Notes under the pieces: generated by a model
Database searches by the model: none
Told to the model about the DNA's origin: nothing
Seen by the model: the letters and a program-made list of their open reading frames with translations, nothing else
Position numbers and translations under genes: made by a program
NCBI GenBank assembly: GCA_041649135.1
Contig: JBAZNQ010000001.1
Span: 163,037-227,036, forward strand
DNA: 64,000 nt
Reading direction: 5' to 3'
From: Patescibacteria group bacterium
GTDB taxonomy: Bacteria; Patescibacteriota; Kazan-3B-28
Part shown: positions 40,007 through 52,633 of the stretch, one piece after another
Layout of the letters: the number at the start of each line of letters is the position of its first letter
How positions within the stretch are numbered: position 1 is the stretch's first letter

Positions 40007-41413
40007 TTATTCTGTCAATAGACGGTCTAAAATTTCCTTTACCAGAGCTGGTTCTGCCGCACCCTGACTCTTAGCCATCACTTGCCCAACCAGATACCCT
40101 ACTACTCGATTGTCCCCCGCTTTTGCCTTTACTACCACATCTGGGCTCTCGTTCATAACCGTTCTGACTAGCGCTTCCAATTCATCACTTCCCATCGTTT
40201 TGAGTTCGCCAACCAATTCAGCCGGCGTTTTGCCAGTTTTCTGCATCGCTTCATATAATTTTTGCGCCGCGTTGCTAGACAGTTTGTTTGCCATTACCAC
40301 CGCAATAAATTCGTCAAATCCTGTTCCCTTTGAAAACTTTTTCGGAAGCCAATTTGCCACTAACACCGGATCAAAATCTTTATGCTCATGCATTATCCAC
40401 ACAAAACTGAACAACATATCAATGTCTTGTAGTTCGCCTACCCGCGCATACGGCAATCCAAATTCCTCCGCCTTCAATCGCAAAGTTGATAAAGACATTG
40501 GCAAAGTCTCGGAAATCTTATCGATTTTTTCTTTATCAATGTAGATTGGCGGCAAATCCGGTTCTGGGAAATATCGATAGTCTACCGAGCCTTCCTTGCT
40601 CCGTTGCGAAACTGTCGTACCGGTTTTTTCATCCCAACCTCTAGTTTCCTGCATCACCCGCTCACCTTTTTCCAACAACTCTATCTGTCTTTCAATTTCA
40701 TATTTTAAAGCTTGTTCCATAAACCGAAATGAATTCATATTTTTTACTTCTACTTTAGCTCCCAACGTGTCTTGCCCCATTGGCCGAACCGACACATTCG
40801 CATCTACTCGCAAATGCCCTTTTTCCATATCCGCCTTCGACACACCCAAGCTTCTAACCAATCTCTGTAATTCTTGCAAAAACGCTTTCGCCTCCTCCGG
40901 TGATTTGATATCCGGCTCGGTCACGATCTCTGCCAACGGTGTCCCGCATCGATTCAAGTCCACCAACGTAGCCTCTTTTTCGTGCACTAACTTTCCCGCG
41001 TCTTCTTCCAAATGTAATCTAGTAATCCCAACCGCAAACTCTTTTTTGGTCTTTCTATCTGGTGCCAAATAATCCACATCTAAATTACCTTTTTCGCCCA
41101 CCGGATAGAAAAATTGAGAGATCTGATAAGCCTTCGGTAAATCCGGATAAAAATAATTCTTCCGATCAAACCTCTGCAAAGGATTAATCGTACAACCCAA
41201 CGCCAAGGCCAATTTAATTCCCCAGTCAATTGCCTGCTCGTTCATCACCGGCAACACCCCCGGATAGCCCATACACACCGGACAGACATTGGTATTCGGT
41301 TCCGCAGTTTCTGAATTATTATCGCATCGGCAAAACATCTTGGATTTAGTATCCAACTGAACATGAATTTCCAATCCAATCGTCGCCTGATATTTTTCTG
41401 TCGTCGTATTCAT
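40007..41413 (-). CDS. gatB: Asp/Glu-tRNA amidotransferase subunit B
   Basis: IGLEIHVQL, FDRKNYFYPDLPK, HLEEDAGK, DYRYFPEPDLP. Confidence 0.97.
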   Translation of the reverse strand: MNTTTEKYQATIGLEIHVQLDTKSKMFCRCDNNSETAEPNTNVCPVCMGYPGVLPVMNEQAIDWGIKLALALGCTINPLQRFDRKNYFYPDLPKAYQISQFFYPVGEKGNLDVDYLAPDRKTKKEFAVGITRLHLEEDAGKLVHEKEATLVDLNRCGTPLAEIVTEPDIKSPEEAKAFLQELQRLVRSLGVSKADMEKGHLRVDANVSVRPMGQDTLGAKVEVKNMNSFRFMEQALKYEIERQIELLEKGERVMQETRGWDEKTGTTVSQRSKEGSVDYRYFPEPDLPPIYIDKEKIDKISETLPMSLSTLRLKAEEFGLPYARVGELQDIDMLFSFVWIMHEHKDFDPVLVANWLPKKFSKGTGFDEFIAVVMANKLSSNAAQKLYEAMQKTGKTPAELVGELKTMGSDELEALVRTVMNESPDVVVKAKAGDNRVVGYLVGQVMAKSQGAAEPALVKEILDRLLTE

Positions 41414-41466
41414 ATCATTGAGTCCGCCCTTGCCATCTTTTACCATTCACTATTCACCGTTAACTA

Positions 41467-41892
41467 TTAACTATTCATAATTCCCAACTGCCTCAAACTA
41501 TCCTTAAATAATCTAACCGCCCGTTCGGCTTCGTGCCGCGCCAATTTCATATCAATTTCATGTGCTAATTGATTACGTAGTTTATGCGCGTCCCATGCCG
41601 CTTGTACATTATTAAACAAACTCTTACCATTTTTTAATCGCTCGCCCAAACCATTGCCGGCAATTCCCATCACGCTCAATCCATAATCTAAAATTTTGTC
41701 CGCTTCAAACACTGCCTTCACCCACGACGATTCATTCTCATCTGCCATGAGGAGCTCAACGTTATTCCACATCTCTCGAATCCGTTCTCGGTCTGCTGCT
41801 GACAGCGCCCGTTTTCTCGATATCAACACCAGCAGACCAACTGCTACAATCCCTACTACCACAATGCTAATGACAATAATAATTGGATTCAT
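41467..41892 (-). CDS. conserved hypothetical membrane-anchored protein
   Basis: N-terminal [30 protein letters not shown]; lies between gatA and gatB. Confidence 0.8.
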   Translation of the reverse strand: MNPIIIVISIVVVGIVAVGLLVLISRKRALSAADRERIREMWNNVELLMADENESSWVKAVFEADKILDYGLSVMGIAGNGLGERLKNGKSLFNNVQAAWDAHKLRNQLAHEIDMKLARHEAERAVRLFKDSLRQLGIMNS

Positions 41893-43316
41893 CTTATTCT
41901 TTCGTAAGCATCTGCCACTTTTAATATCGTTGGTTCATCAAATTGTTTACCCATAATCTGCAGACCCACTGGCAGACCATCAACTTCACCGCACGGTATC
42001 GAAATCGCTGGGATGCCTGCTAGACTCGCTGGGGTAGTTAATAAATCCGCTTTGTACATCGCTAGTGGATCTTGCGCTCTTTCGCCGATCTTAAAAGCCA
42101 CCGTTGGAGTAGTTGGCGAAATAATCACATCAACATAGTTGGGATTGTTCTCTTTATCAAATGCCCAATCAAAATCTTTTTTAATTAGTGTTCTCACCCT
42201 TTGCGCTCTGTCATAATACGCATCGCGAAAACCAGCCGAGAGCGTATAAGTTCCCAACATGATCCGTCGCTTCACCTCCGCCCCAAACCCCTCCGCCCGA
42301 GTTTGAAAATACATTTCGACCAATCCAAGTTCGTTTTGGTGAGATTGGTTAGATTGATTAGATTGGTGAGATTTTTTCGACACCTGTGTCGAAAACCCAT
42401 ATCTCATTCCATCATATCTCGCCAAGTTAGCCGAAACTTCAGCGGGCTGAAGAATATAGTAAGTCGCTAAAGCATATTTGAAATGAGGCATTTTTATCGA
42501 TTGGTAGTTACTCGGATTAACCATCTTTTTCAATAAATCACATGCTTTAAAATACGGCTCCAACATCGCCTGTCCACTACCGCCTTCCATGATGAAATCG
42601 TCTAAAAATCCAATCTTCAACTTACTAATATCACCATCCAAAAATTCTTCATACGCTGGGACTGGAATATCAACTGTCGTCGAATCATACTCGTCATGCC
42701 CGGCGATCACCTGTAAAACCTTCGCCGCGTCTCGGACTGTTGTGGTAATCGGTCCAATTCTATCTAACGAGCTTGCCATCGCGATCAATCCATACCGGCT
42801 CACCCGTCCGTAAGTTGGCATCAGCCCGACCACTCCACAAAAACTAGCCGGCTGACGAATTGAGCCACCAGTGTCGCTCCCTAGCGCAAATGGCACCATT
42901 CCGGCCGCTACCGCGGCCGCCGAGCCCCCCGAACTGCCTCCCGGCACTCGTGATTCATCAACTGGGTTCTTGGTTACACCAAAGGCTGAATTTTCAGTTG
43001 AAGAACCCATCGCAAATTCGTCTAAGTTTGATTTTCCCACCATCACCGCTCCAGCTTCCCGCAATTTTTTCACTACTGTCGCTTCATACGGTGATACAAA
43101 ACCAGCCAACATTTTTGACGCCGCCGTAGTTGGTAGTTCCAGCGTCATAATATTATCTTTGCAAATATACGGCACATTAAGCTTGCCGGCTTTTGCCAAT
43201 GCTGGTTTTTCATTAGTTGATAAAACTGCATTCAAGCCTTGTTTGTCGTGAATGATTTTAAGCGATTCCGCCACTGCTTTCTCAATCCCTATTTTTCCCG
43301 CTTCCTCAATTTTCAT
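41889..43316 (-). CDS. gatA: Asp/Glu-tRNA amidotransferase subunit A
   Basis: [42 protein letters not shown]. Confidence 0.97.
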   Translation of the reverse strand: MKIEEAGKIGIEKAVAESLKIIHDKQGLNAVLSTNEKPALAKAGKLNVPYICKDNIMTLELPTTAASKMLAGFVSPYEATVVKKLREAGAVMVGKSNLDEFAMGSSTENSAFGVTKNPVDESRVPGGSSGGSAAAVAAGMVPFALGSDTGGSIRQPASFCGVVGLMPTYGRVSRYGLIAMASSLDRIGPITTTVRDAAKVLQVIAGHDEYDSTTVDIPVPAYEEFLDGDISKLKIGFLDDFIMEGGSGQAMLEPYFKACDLLKKMVNPSNYQSIKMPHFKYALATYYILQPAEVSANLARYDGMRYGFSTQVSKKSHQSNQSNQSHQNELGLVEMYFQTRAEGFGAEVKRRIMLGTYTLSAGFRDAYYDRAQRVRTLIKKDFDWAFDKENNPNYVDVIISPTTPTVAFKIGERAQDPLAMYKADLLTTPASLAGIPAISIPCGEVDGLPVGLQIMGKQFDEPTILKVADAYERIR

Positions 43317-43369
43317 TGTTCCTACTCGTCCGATTGATTAGATTGGTTAGATTGGATAAATTGGTTAGA

Positions 43370-43699
43370 TTATCTTCTGAACACACTCTTCACTTTTATA
43401 TATCCTTTCTCGCTAACCGGTGCCCGTTTCAAAAACTCCTCCCGACTAATTTCTGACGGTCGCACATAATCCCCATCCATTACATCACTTTGGCCAGTAA
43501 TTTGTCCCGATTCTGCTGGACAGCAGAACGAGGGATTTCCATCCACCTGATTAGTATCGACCTTCCCCAACTCTTCAACATAACCTAAAACTGCCGACAG
43601 TTCCTTGGTATATTCAGCCTTTTCAGCATCAGTTAGAGCGATATAAGCCAGCTTGGCCACCCACTCCACCTCTTCTTGTGATAATTTTTTAGATACCAT
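43370..43699 (-). CDS. gatC: Asp/Glu-tRNA amidotransferase subunit C
   Basis: LSQEEVEWVAKLAYI.L, AP....GYIKVKSV; directly upstream of gatA. Confidence 0.9.
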   Translation of the reverse strand: MVSKKLSQEEVEWVAKLAYIALTDAEKAEYTKELSAVLGYVEELGKVDTNQVDGNPSFCCPAESGQITGQSDVMDGDYVRPSEISREEFLKRAPVSEKGYIKVKSVFRR

Positions 43700-43886
43700 A
43701 AAATTCCTACCTTAACCCCCAATCCAACAGGGCTATTATAGCGTAAAAAAATACCCCCGTAACCTAACAGTCACGGGGGCCCAGCCGAGATTAGTAGTGA
43801 ACGCCCACCATAGAGGTAACATCTTCTTCCTCTGGTATATTTACCGCTGCCTTCCTGTAACCAGTTGTCATGAATCTACCCACGAG

Positions 43887-44120
43887 CTAATTCGCAATCC
43901 CATCATACGGCGACACCCTCTCCCCAGCTTCAGCAATGTAGAGCAGATCGTTTTCCTTCAATACACCGCTGGCCAGATATCCCTCCCAAATCTTTCTCCG
44001 CTCCTCGGCGGTAGTAGCCCGACTTAACTCTTGCACACAATTCTCGGCAACCTTTGTGGGCATTAAGTCAACCCCAGGCGTTCGCTCGATAACGACCATT
44101 CCCTCTGGTACTATCTGCAA
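43887..44120 (-). CDS. small hypothetical protein
   Basis: GGAGGTG RBS, TTGTCA..TATGGT promoter, terminator near 43745-43780. Confidence 0.5.
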   Translation of the reverse strand: MQIVPEGMVVIERTPGVDLMPTKVAENCVQELSRATTAEERRKIWEGYLASGVLKENDLLYIAEAGERVSPYDGIAN

Positions 44121-44221
44121 AGGTGCACCTCCCCAAAATCATTGATGGCTCCACCATAGCACCCCCAACACTAAGTTGACAAATAGCCCACTCAAATTTA
44201 CGCTGGGAGCGACACCGTAAG

Positions 44222-44653
44222 GTGCACCTTATTACAAACCGTGGGAGGAAAAGAGTGGCGAAAGCTGACATCCTTGGATTGACTCGAGGGTTCCTTCTCG
44301 ATGAAAAAGATGTCGTCATCATAGTTGGCACAAATCAGACACAACTGCGCCAAGCATCGAATTACGAGCGAGGCGGTGCTGGGTGGGTAACCACCCGCTC
44401 TCCCGATGAGTTGGAACAATGCATCAAGGATCTGCGAGAAGAATCTTACAGGGTCAGATTGGTGATTTTGTTGCCAGAGTCCGCGACCATCAAGACTACC
44501 GCTGACTGGGACAAAATCAAGAAGATCTGTGGCCCTGACGTCATAATCACGACATGGATACCACACCAAACTGCTGCTAGCACCAAAACAGGAGTTTTCT
44601 CCGTCCCCTCCACTAACATCTTGGGAGAATCTGCTACAGCAGCCCCTTCGTAG
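44222..44653 (+). CDS. hypothetical protein
   Basis: TTGACA..TACGCT promoter; GGAGG suggests GTG 44255 as the real start. Confidence 0.5.
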   Translation: MHLITNRGRKRVAKADILGLTRGFLLDEKDVVIIVGTNQTQLRQASNYERGGAGWVTTRSPDELEQCIKDLREESYRVRLVILLPESATIKTTADWDKIKKICGPDVIITTWIPHQTAASTKTGVFSVPSTNILGESATAAPS

Positions 44654-44802
44654 ACCATGCTGGAACCGCCCAATCAAGAATCCCCTACCTCCCAAAACCG
44701 GCTCTCCCAAGAGCCGGTTTTCATTTATACCTAAATCGAAGACCCGCAACTATACGCGGGTCTTATTCCTGCTTGGTACATACGAGATCTGGCCCTTAGC
44801 CC

Positions 44803-44979
44803 TTAGCCATCAGCTACTGCCTCATCGGGCAAATCCCCGCCTGCTCGTAGTATTTCGACATCCCTCCGCACCTCTTCAACGGTGCCATGGTAGTCTGGTC
44901 CTCCCAAGCCAAGCATGCCACTCTGCGACCGCAGATCTTTCTCCGCTTCTGCCAACTCATCGACACGCTGTTGATCCAT
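44803..44979 (-). CDS. small acidic hypothetical protein (58 aa)
   Basis: GAGGTG RBS before MDQQRVDEL; TTGTCA-N17-TATGCT promoter. Confidence 0.5.
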   Translation of the reverse strand: MDQQRVDELAEAEKDLRSQSGMLGLGGPDYHGTVEEVRRDVEILRAGGDLPDEAVADG

Positions 44980-45074
44980 CTTCTTTTCACCTCGCCAAGG
45001 TACATTACAAACCAACCGTAGCATACTGCTACGCCGAGTTTTTGACAATAAAAATCCGCTCTCACAACCAAAAA

Positions 45075-47060
<1,986 letters not shown>

Positions 47061-47642
47061 TTACCACTCCGCCGGTATCTCTGCCGGCTCTCTCACAAAA
47101 CACCGCCGACAAGTCGGTTTGTATTCGTATGTCCCATCTTCCGGCACTACCGCCGGCAATCCCTGTGTTACTGGTGTACCCCGATGAAAAATTTGAGTAT
47201 AAGCAGCCTCTAGTTTGCGACACTGATAGCAAACTGCCCGCTTATATCGAACTTCCTTGGGTGCCAATTCAAATAATTTTTTAACGATCGCAAACATTGT
47301 TCCCCGATAATCCATATCCAATCCCGATACCACCACGTCCACCCCATTAAGCAACAATTTCTGGATCACCTCTGCCTCACTGACATCAAACATATGAATT
47401 TCATCAATACCAACATGCGTGAGTCCTACCATCGGGATCTCGTTCAAACTCGCAATTTTATCAGCCGCAATTCCTATCCCCACCCGAGACTGGATTTTAG
47501 TATCTCGAACATTCAATCGCGGCTGATACAGCCGCACTACCGCGTCAGTATGTTGAAGCGGCGCAAAAATTGCGACCACATCAAAAGACTTGCCGCTCAT
47601 CATCGGCCCAACGATCATCGTTAGTTGTCCGTTAGTTATCAC
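47061..47642 (-). CDS. tdk: thymidine kinase
   Basis: GPMMSGKS, IDEIH, SGLDMDYRG, CxxC..CRRC; start moved to GTG 47642 to avoid overlap with the upstream gene. Confidence 0.92.
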   Translation of the reverse strand: MITNGQLTMIVGPMMSGKSFDVVAIFAPLQHTDAVVRLYQPRLNVRDTKIQSRVGIGIAADKIASLNEIPMVGLTHVGIDEIHMFDVSEAEVIQKLLLNGVDVVVSGLDMDYRGTMFAIVKKLFELAPKEVRYKRAVCYQCRKLEAAYTQIFHRGTPVTQGLPAVVPEDGTYEYKPTCRRCFVREPAEIPAEW

Positions 47643-47649
47643 CCGTCTA

Positions 47650-50526
47650 TTATAACGGACTTTGATCACCCTTGGGCTGGTCTGGCCCCCGCTCATCAGT
47701 CCGATCATCGTCAATGGTCTTGATCGGCTTTGGTTGTTCCGTCGCCGGCAACTGTAACTCCTGTTCCCCACTCGCAACTCGCGACTCATCACCCGTTACT
47801 CTTTTCGCCCTCTCAAGCGCCTCTTTAAATGAGCTAGCCTCACCCTTCAGATCTTCCGTGATCGTTTTAGCGATTTCTTCCTTTTGTTCCGGATTAAGCT
47901 TTTCCTGTTTCTTTTTTTCGATATTAGAGATCAAGCTCTTCAAGCCAGTTAGATCCGGACCCATCTTTGGAACTCCGCTCACCCGTTGAACTGGTCTAGG
48001 CTCACCTGTTCCCACTCCTGACCGAAATGGTTGTCCCGACGGTCGAGATTTTGGCGCCGGCTGAACCATTGCACCAGTCTGTGATGTTCGAATGTTTTCT
48101 TCCACCTGTTCTGACTTAGCTGAATATTGTTGACGTGACCATGCCAGCACCTTGGCTTTGTTGTTATTTTTATCCGCACTCGGTGGTAATGTTACCGCTG
48201 AAAACGCCCCTGCCGTCAACCCATCAATCGATAACTTCACGTAAATATTATAGATATCCAAATTCACCAAATCCTGTTCGGTAAAAACTGGTGCAAATTC
48301 TTTGGTCAAAAACGCCGCATCATCACTCCCAACTCGAAACGCGATCAACGTTCCCACGTTGCCAAATACCGCCTTGCTCACCACTTCCGACAATTGAGCA
48401 ATGTACTGGTGCGCCATGGTTAAACTTAAACCGTATTTTCTGGCTTCCGACAAGATCGTCGCAAAAGAATCAGTCGCAAAGTTTTGAAACTCATCTACAT
48501 ACAGGAAGAAATCTTTTCTCGTGGCGACTGCCGCATCTGCCCGACTCATCGCCGCCAACTGCATCTTAGTAATAATTAACGCCCCTAATAGCGCGGCATT
48601 GTCTTCTCCGATCAAACCCTTCGACAACTTCACCATCACAATTTTTTCTTCATCCATCAGCCGACGAATATTGATCGAGCTTTTGGTCTGACCAACAATA
48701 TTGCGAATAATTGACGAAGACAAAAACTGACCAACTTTATTTAAAATTGGTGAGATCGTTTCACTTCTCTGCCGCTGATCAAGTTTGTTGTACTCACCAA
48801 TCCACCGATTTTTAATAATCGGATCCTGCACTTTATCGATCACCTGTTCTCGAAATGCGTCATCCACAAATAATCTCGGCACCATGATCAAAGTCGCACC
48901 CGGATAATCAAGCAGTGCCAAAATCGCTGACGCCAACCAGTATTCCAACCGTGGCCCCCAAGATTCACCGAAGATCTTTTTAAATACCCCCACTACTCCG
49001 CTAGCTGTTACTAATTTATATTTTGGATCTTCAACTTCCAAAATGTTAAATCCGATCGGAAACTCCTTGTCGCTTGGATCGAACACCACCACATCTTCGA
49101 TCCGGTTATCCGGAATTCGATCCAATACATAATCCACGTATTCACCGTGCGGGTCTACCACCGCTACCCCTCGGTTTTCGACGATATCATCGATCGCCAT
49201 ATTCTGCAGGAGTGTTGATTTACCAGTACCGCTTTTCCCGATCACGTAGACGTGTCGTCTCCGATCAGCAATTTTGACACCAAATTTTTCCTGACTCCCG
49301 CGAAAATTGGTTACCCCCAGATTCGTCAGTAATTCCGCCGGAGTTTCATCTACTAACGGCAAATTCGCCGGTGGTTCACCTTTTTTCGCTCCCGCCCACA
49401 CCAAGTGCGGTGTGGTTACTGTTTTGTTTGGCAAATGGTAAATACTTGCCAGTTCGCTCACATTCAAAATAAATCCCGGTCGGACAAATAATCGATTAGC
49501 ATACTCTGTTAATATTTCCTGTCGCGATAAACTATCCGGCAGTGCTATAAACCCATTCAGATTAGTAGTGTTGTATTGTTTGTATGAGCCTACTACTAAA
49601 TCTAATTTCTGTTGCGCCGCAGCGACCGTATCGTCCACCGCGACAATTCTCACCATGGTCTGGAAACCTAGCTTGGTACTTTTCTCTTCGATCCGCTTGA
49701 GTGATTCTTCTACCCCTGGCGCTAATTCGATCTTTTTGTCCTTTTCCGGACTGCTCGTCGCCTCGGTGGCTCCGCCACTAATCGCTGTTCTCATGACATC
49801 CGAAGCCAAACCACTTAAACTTTTCATTAATGCCGCTCGAAAACTTTTTCGGCCAGCTTTCACATCCGCAATATATTTCACCGCTCGGTTCCGCCAACTA
49901 TCCCCTTCTGGCCGGATCAATATCTGTACCCAAATCTGCGAATCACCTTGCAATTTGCTCAAAGTCGCAGTAATTGCCGCCAATGGATCAACATCAAAAC
50001 TCTCAAAACTTTTAATTGGGAAAAGATCTTCTCGTACCAATTGCAAATTCGCCGATGCCACCGCTAAATTCTCTGGTATCTTAGTCGCATCAGCATAATC
50101 TTTAAATTCATGGATCGTCACCCCTGGGTACTGTGCGTAGATTTGTCCCTCAACATATCCTTGTAAATGTTTTGGTGCCCAAACAAAAAATCGGATCGAT
50201 TTCTCTTTGGCTTGCATCTCAAAACTGATATGCTCCTGCCCCGCCCGCAGTTTGTCACTATCTGGTCGATAAATTCCATGTAGGCTGGAGAACATCAATT
50301 CTGCCGCCAAAGCGGTAATTTCATTATCTTTCGGCACTTCGATCGCCAACAGCACTCCTTCCTGCGGCCCCATCACACTCCCGATCACCGGAACTGTGGT
50401 GAATTTTTGTTGCTCTACTTTGCCTATTCGACTCCTCTGCCAAAACCAAATCACTAGGCCAAAAAATATCAGCCACCCCACTGCCAGTAGACCCAGCGCT
50501 ATCAAGTTGGAAGAGTTCTCTAACAT
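47650..50526 (-). CDS. second VirD4/TraD-like ATPase
   Basis: RRHVYVIGKSGTGKS, VDPHGE, LYVDEFQN, LSEARKY; paralog of 37248-39641. Confidence 0.9.
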   Translation of the reverse strand: MLENSSNLIALGLLAVGWLIFFGLVIWFWQRSRIGKVEQQKFTTVPVIGSVMGPQEGVLLAIEVPKDNEITALAAELMFSSLHGIYRPDSDKLRAGQEHISFEMQAKEKSIRFFVWAPKHLQGYVEGQIYAQYPGVTIHEFKDYADATKIPENLAVASANLQLVREDLFPIKSFESFDVDPLAAITATLSKLQGDSQIWVQILIRPEGDSWRNRAVKYIADVKAGRKSFRAALMKSLSGLASDVMRTAISGGATEATSSPEKDKKIELAPGVEESLKRIEEKSTKLGFQTMVRIVAVDDTVAAAQQKLDLVVGSYKQYNTTNLNGFIALPDSLSRQEILTEYANRLFVRPGFILNVSELASIYHLPNKTVTTPHLVWAGAKKGEPPANLPLVDETPAELLTNLGVTNFRGSQEKFGVKIADRRRHVYVIGKSGTGKSTLLQNMAIDDIVENRGVAVVDPHGEYVDYVLDRIPDNRIEDVVVFDPSDKEFPIGFNILEVEDPKYKLVTASGVVGVFKKIFGESWGPRLEYWLASAILALLDYPGATLIMVPRLFVDDAFREQVIDKVQDPIIKNRWIGEYNKLDQRQRSETISPILNKVGQFLSSSIIRNIVGQTKSSINIRRLMDEEKIVMVKLSKGLIGEDNAALLGALIITKMQLAAMSRADAAVATRKDFFLYVDEFQNFATDSFATILSEARKYGLSLTMAHQYIAQLSEVVSKAVFGNVGTLIAFRVGSDDAAFLTKEFAPVFTEQDLVNLDIYNIYVKLSIDGLTAGAFSAVTLPPSADKNNNKAKVLAWSRQQYSAKSEQVEENIRTSQTGAMVQPAPKSRPSGQPFRSGVGTGEPRPVQRVSGVPKMGPDLTGLKSLISNIEKKKQEKLNPEQKEEIAKTITEDLKGEASSFKEALERAKRVTGDESRVASGEQELQLPATEQPKPIKTIDDDRTDERGPDQPKGDQSPL

Positions 50527-50545
50527 GAAAAACTATCAGCTAACT

Positions 50546-51673
50546 TTATTGTTGATCAGTCGTCGGTACATATGTTCCTTTGCCGACTTTCTGAAACAAC
50601 TTTTTATTCTGCAGATTCGCTACCACCGTATTGCGTTTCACTTGTCTGTCTTTCAAAACTGCCTCGGAAACTTCTTCTACGGTTAGCGGCCGACCGGCTT
50701 CTTTCATTATTTTCATTATGACATCAGCCACAACCCCCGGCTGATACCCCCACTCTTTCAGACCATAAATTCCTCGTCCCACCAACACAAACCTCGCATC
50801 GCCAATTAATTCATTATGCACTGTCCGGCTCAAAACTAGTTTATCAGGATATCGTTGATTAATCGCATCACTAATATCACGGAAATGCATTGGTTGATGA
50901 GTTTTTTGTAAAATTAAATAAATTTTATCTCTAATTCGTTTTGGCACTACTGTTGGCCAGATTGTCAGACCCCATTTCTCATCTGGTGTCTGGGCTAATT
51001 TTGCTCCCACTCGGAGTACTCCTGCCAACATACTCGGTGTTACCGGCTGTCCGATCGTTTCTGAAACACTGCTAAATTTTGTCCAGATTTCCTCTTCCGC
51101 AATTGGTTTGTTAACACTCGCCAGAATTTTTTCTACTTCAATTAAGATCTTTTCTACTAATTTATCAGACAAGTTTTTCTTTACCCAACCCATCTTCATC
51201 ACACCAATTTTGGGTAGACTGACTACATTTTTGTCCAACGCCATCGACAGTCTTAACGCATTCAACTCTGCTTCATATCGCTGATCTGGTGTCAATTTAA
51301 AATACCGCGCTAAACCATCCAACGATACGATCCCGCCAGTTTCGGTTATCACCCCAGCAATGATTTTTAACAACCTAGTCAGATCCTTACTTGGCTTCTC
51401 TGCTAATTTTATAATGGCTGATGTTTCAATCTGTCGCACTCGTTCACGAGTTACGTTAAATCTCTGACCCACTGCTTCTAGTGTCATTTTTTTACCATCA
51501 GATAAACCAAACCGCGCGACTAGCACTTCGCGCTCACGATCTTTTAGCGCATTAACTGCGCCGGAAACCACTACTAACGGATCCAACAACTCGCGGTTTT
51601 TTTCTTCCTGTTCAACCATAATTGATTTTATGACCGAACTGGCTTCCGACTGATTGTGTTCAAATTCCTCCAT
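50546..51673 (-). CDS. sigma-70 region 4 plus winged-HTH domain protein
   Basis: [28 protein letters not shown]; C-terminal [23 protein letters not shown]; no sigma region 2. Confidence 0.85.
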   Translation of the reverse strand: MEEFEHNQSEASSVIKSIMVEQEEKNRELLDPLVVVSGAVNALKDREREVLVARFGLSDGKKMTLEAVGQRFNVTRERVRQIETSAIIKLAEKPSKDLTRLLKIIAGVITETGGIVSLDGLARYFKLTPDQRYEAELNALRLSMALDKNVVSLPKIGVMKMGWVKKNLSDKLVEKILIEVEKILASVNKPIAEEEIWTKFSSVSETIGQPVTPSMLAGVLRVGAKLAQTPDEKWGLTIWPTVVPKRIRDKIYLILQKTHQPMHFRDISDAINQRYPDKLVLSRTVHNELIGDARFVLVGRGIYGLKEWGYQPGVVADVIMKIMKEAGRPLTVEEVSEAVLKDRQVKRNTVVANLQNKKLFQKVGKGTYVPTTDQQ

Positions 51674-51882
51674 GGGTTTTATCCTTTCCCTGCCCGTCCC
51701 CAGTAGCATCTACATCTCAAAGAGGTTAATGACCCATTTGCGACAAGATGAACCACAGGCAAGTCCCCACTCCCCAATTCCGCTCGATTATATCATACAT
51801 CACCTACTTTGTCAACCCAGCCGTCAAAATATTAAAGGAAAAAGCGGCAGTAGAAGCTACTGTCCCCTATTATTACACCCAC

Positions 51883-52070
51883 TGGCCCTTCAACGAAGGG
51901 TCGTTCTGAAATGAGCAAAACTACCGCACGCGCGGACATGTTTGAGCCCTGCCGATACAAGAGGCAGGGTGAGTTCGTCCAAATATAAGTTCAGTAAGGT
52001 AGTTTTGCCATTGAATAGACCCGCAGTTGCGGGCCACGGCTTTGCCTACTTTCGCCAAGACGAAAGTAGG
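51883..52070. repeat. structured interspersed element, copy C
   Basis: Stem 51915-25/51998-52008, CATGTTTGA core, GGCCACGGCTTTG, terminal hairpin 52045-54/52061-70. Confidence 0.7.
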
Positions 52071-52125
52071 GCTGGATCAAACGCCAGCTTGCGTTTGGTT
52101 CTAGTCGACTGCAAGTCGACACAAA

Positions 52126-52410
52126 TTACTGCCCTAGCTCACCAAAAATCGTCCGAATCTCTTTAACGATCTGATTTTTAGTCGCCAAATCTGTTACCAT
52201 CGTGTACCTATCCAACAGCGACTGAATGGTAATAAAATCTTCTTTTGACACATTAATCGTCGAAGGCAAATCTACAGTATTAATCACCTGCGCACTGGCT
52301 CCCCCGCTGATCTGTGGTAAATACTGCGCCCCAATTACCAAAACTCCCAGCACCACTACGATGCCGGCAATCACCCCCGCCGTCCTGGTCGCCTTGCTAT
52401 CCACAGACAC
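52126..52410 (-). CDS. small membrane-anchored hypothetical protein
   Basis: 94 aa, one TM, GTG start. Confidence 0.6.
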   Translation of the reverse strand: MSVDSKATRTAGVIAGIVVVLGVLVIGAQYLPQISGGASAQVINTVDLPSTINVSKEDFITIQSLLDRYTMVTDLATKNQIVKEIRTIFGELGQ

Positions 52411-52633
52411 ATCCTATCACAAATAAAGAACTCCACTGCGTTTGCACCCACAATGGAGGTCCGAGTGAGGATTAAGGTTCATCTCTCCGGCGCTAAGTAG
52501 TCACGATGTGACAAATGCCGTACTTTCATGCTAACCAAAATCTACTCTCCCGGAAACAATCCCTCAATTCAGTCATAAAATCACACTTACTAAATAAGTG
52601 CACCTTGTCACAATATTTTTACTAAATACTTCT

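Noticed and set aside
44198-44749. 183 aa minus-strand ORF
   Set aside because: It overlaps the + strand ORF that has promoter, RBS and terminator support, and its composition is atypical.
47643-47792. N-terminal extension of tdk in the ORF track
   Set aside because: It overlaps the upstream ATPase gene; the thymidine kinase motifs begin just after GTG 47642.
50546-51673. Primary sigma factor rpoD
   Set aside because: Only region 4 is present; regions 2-3 are missing.
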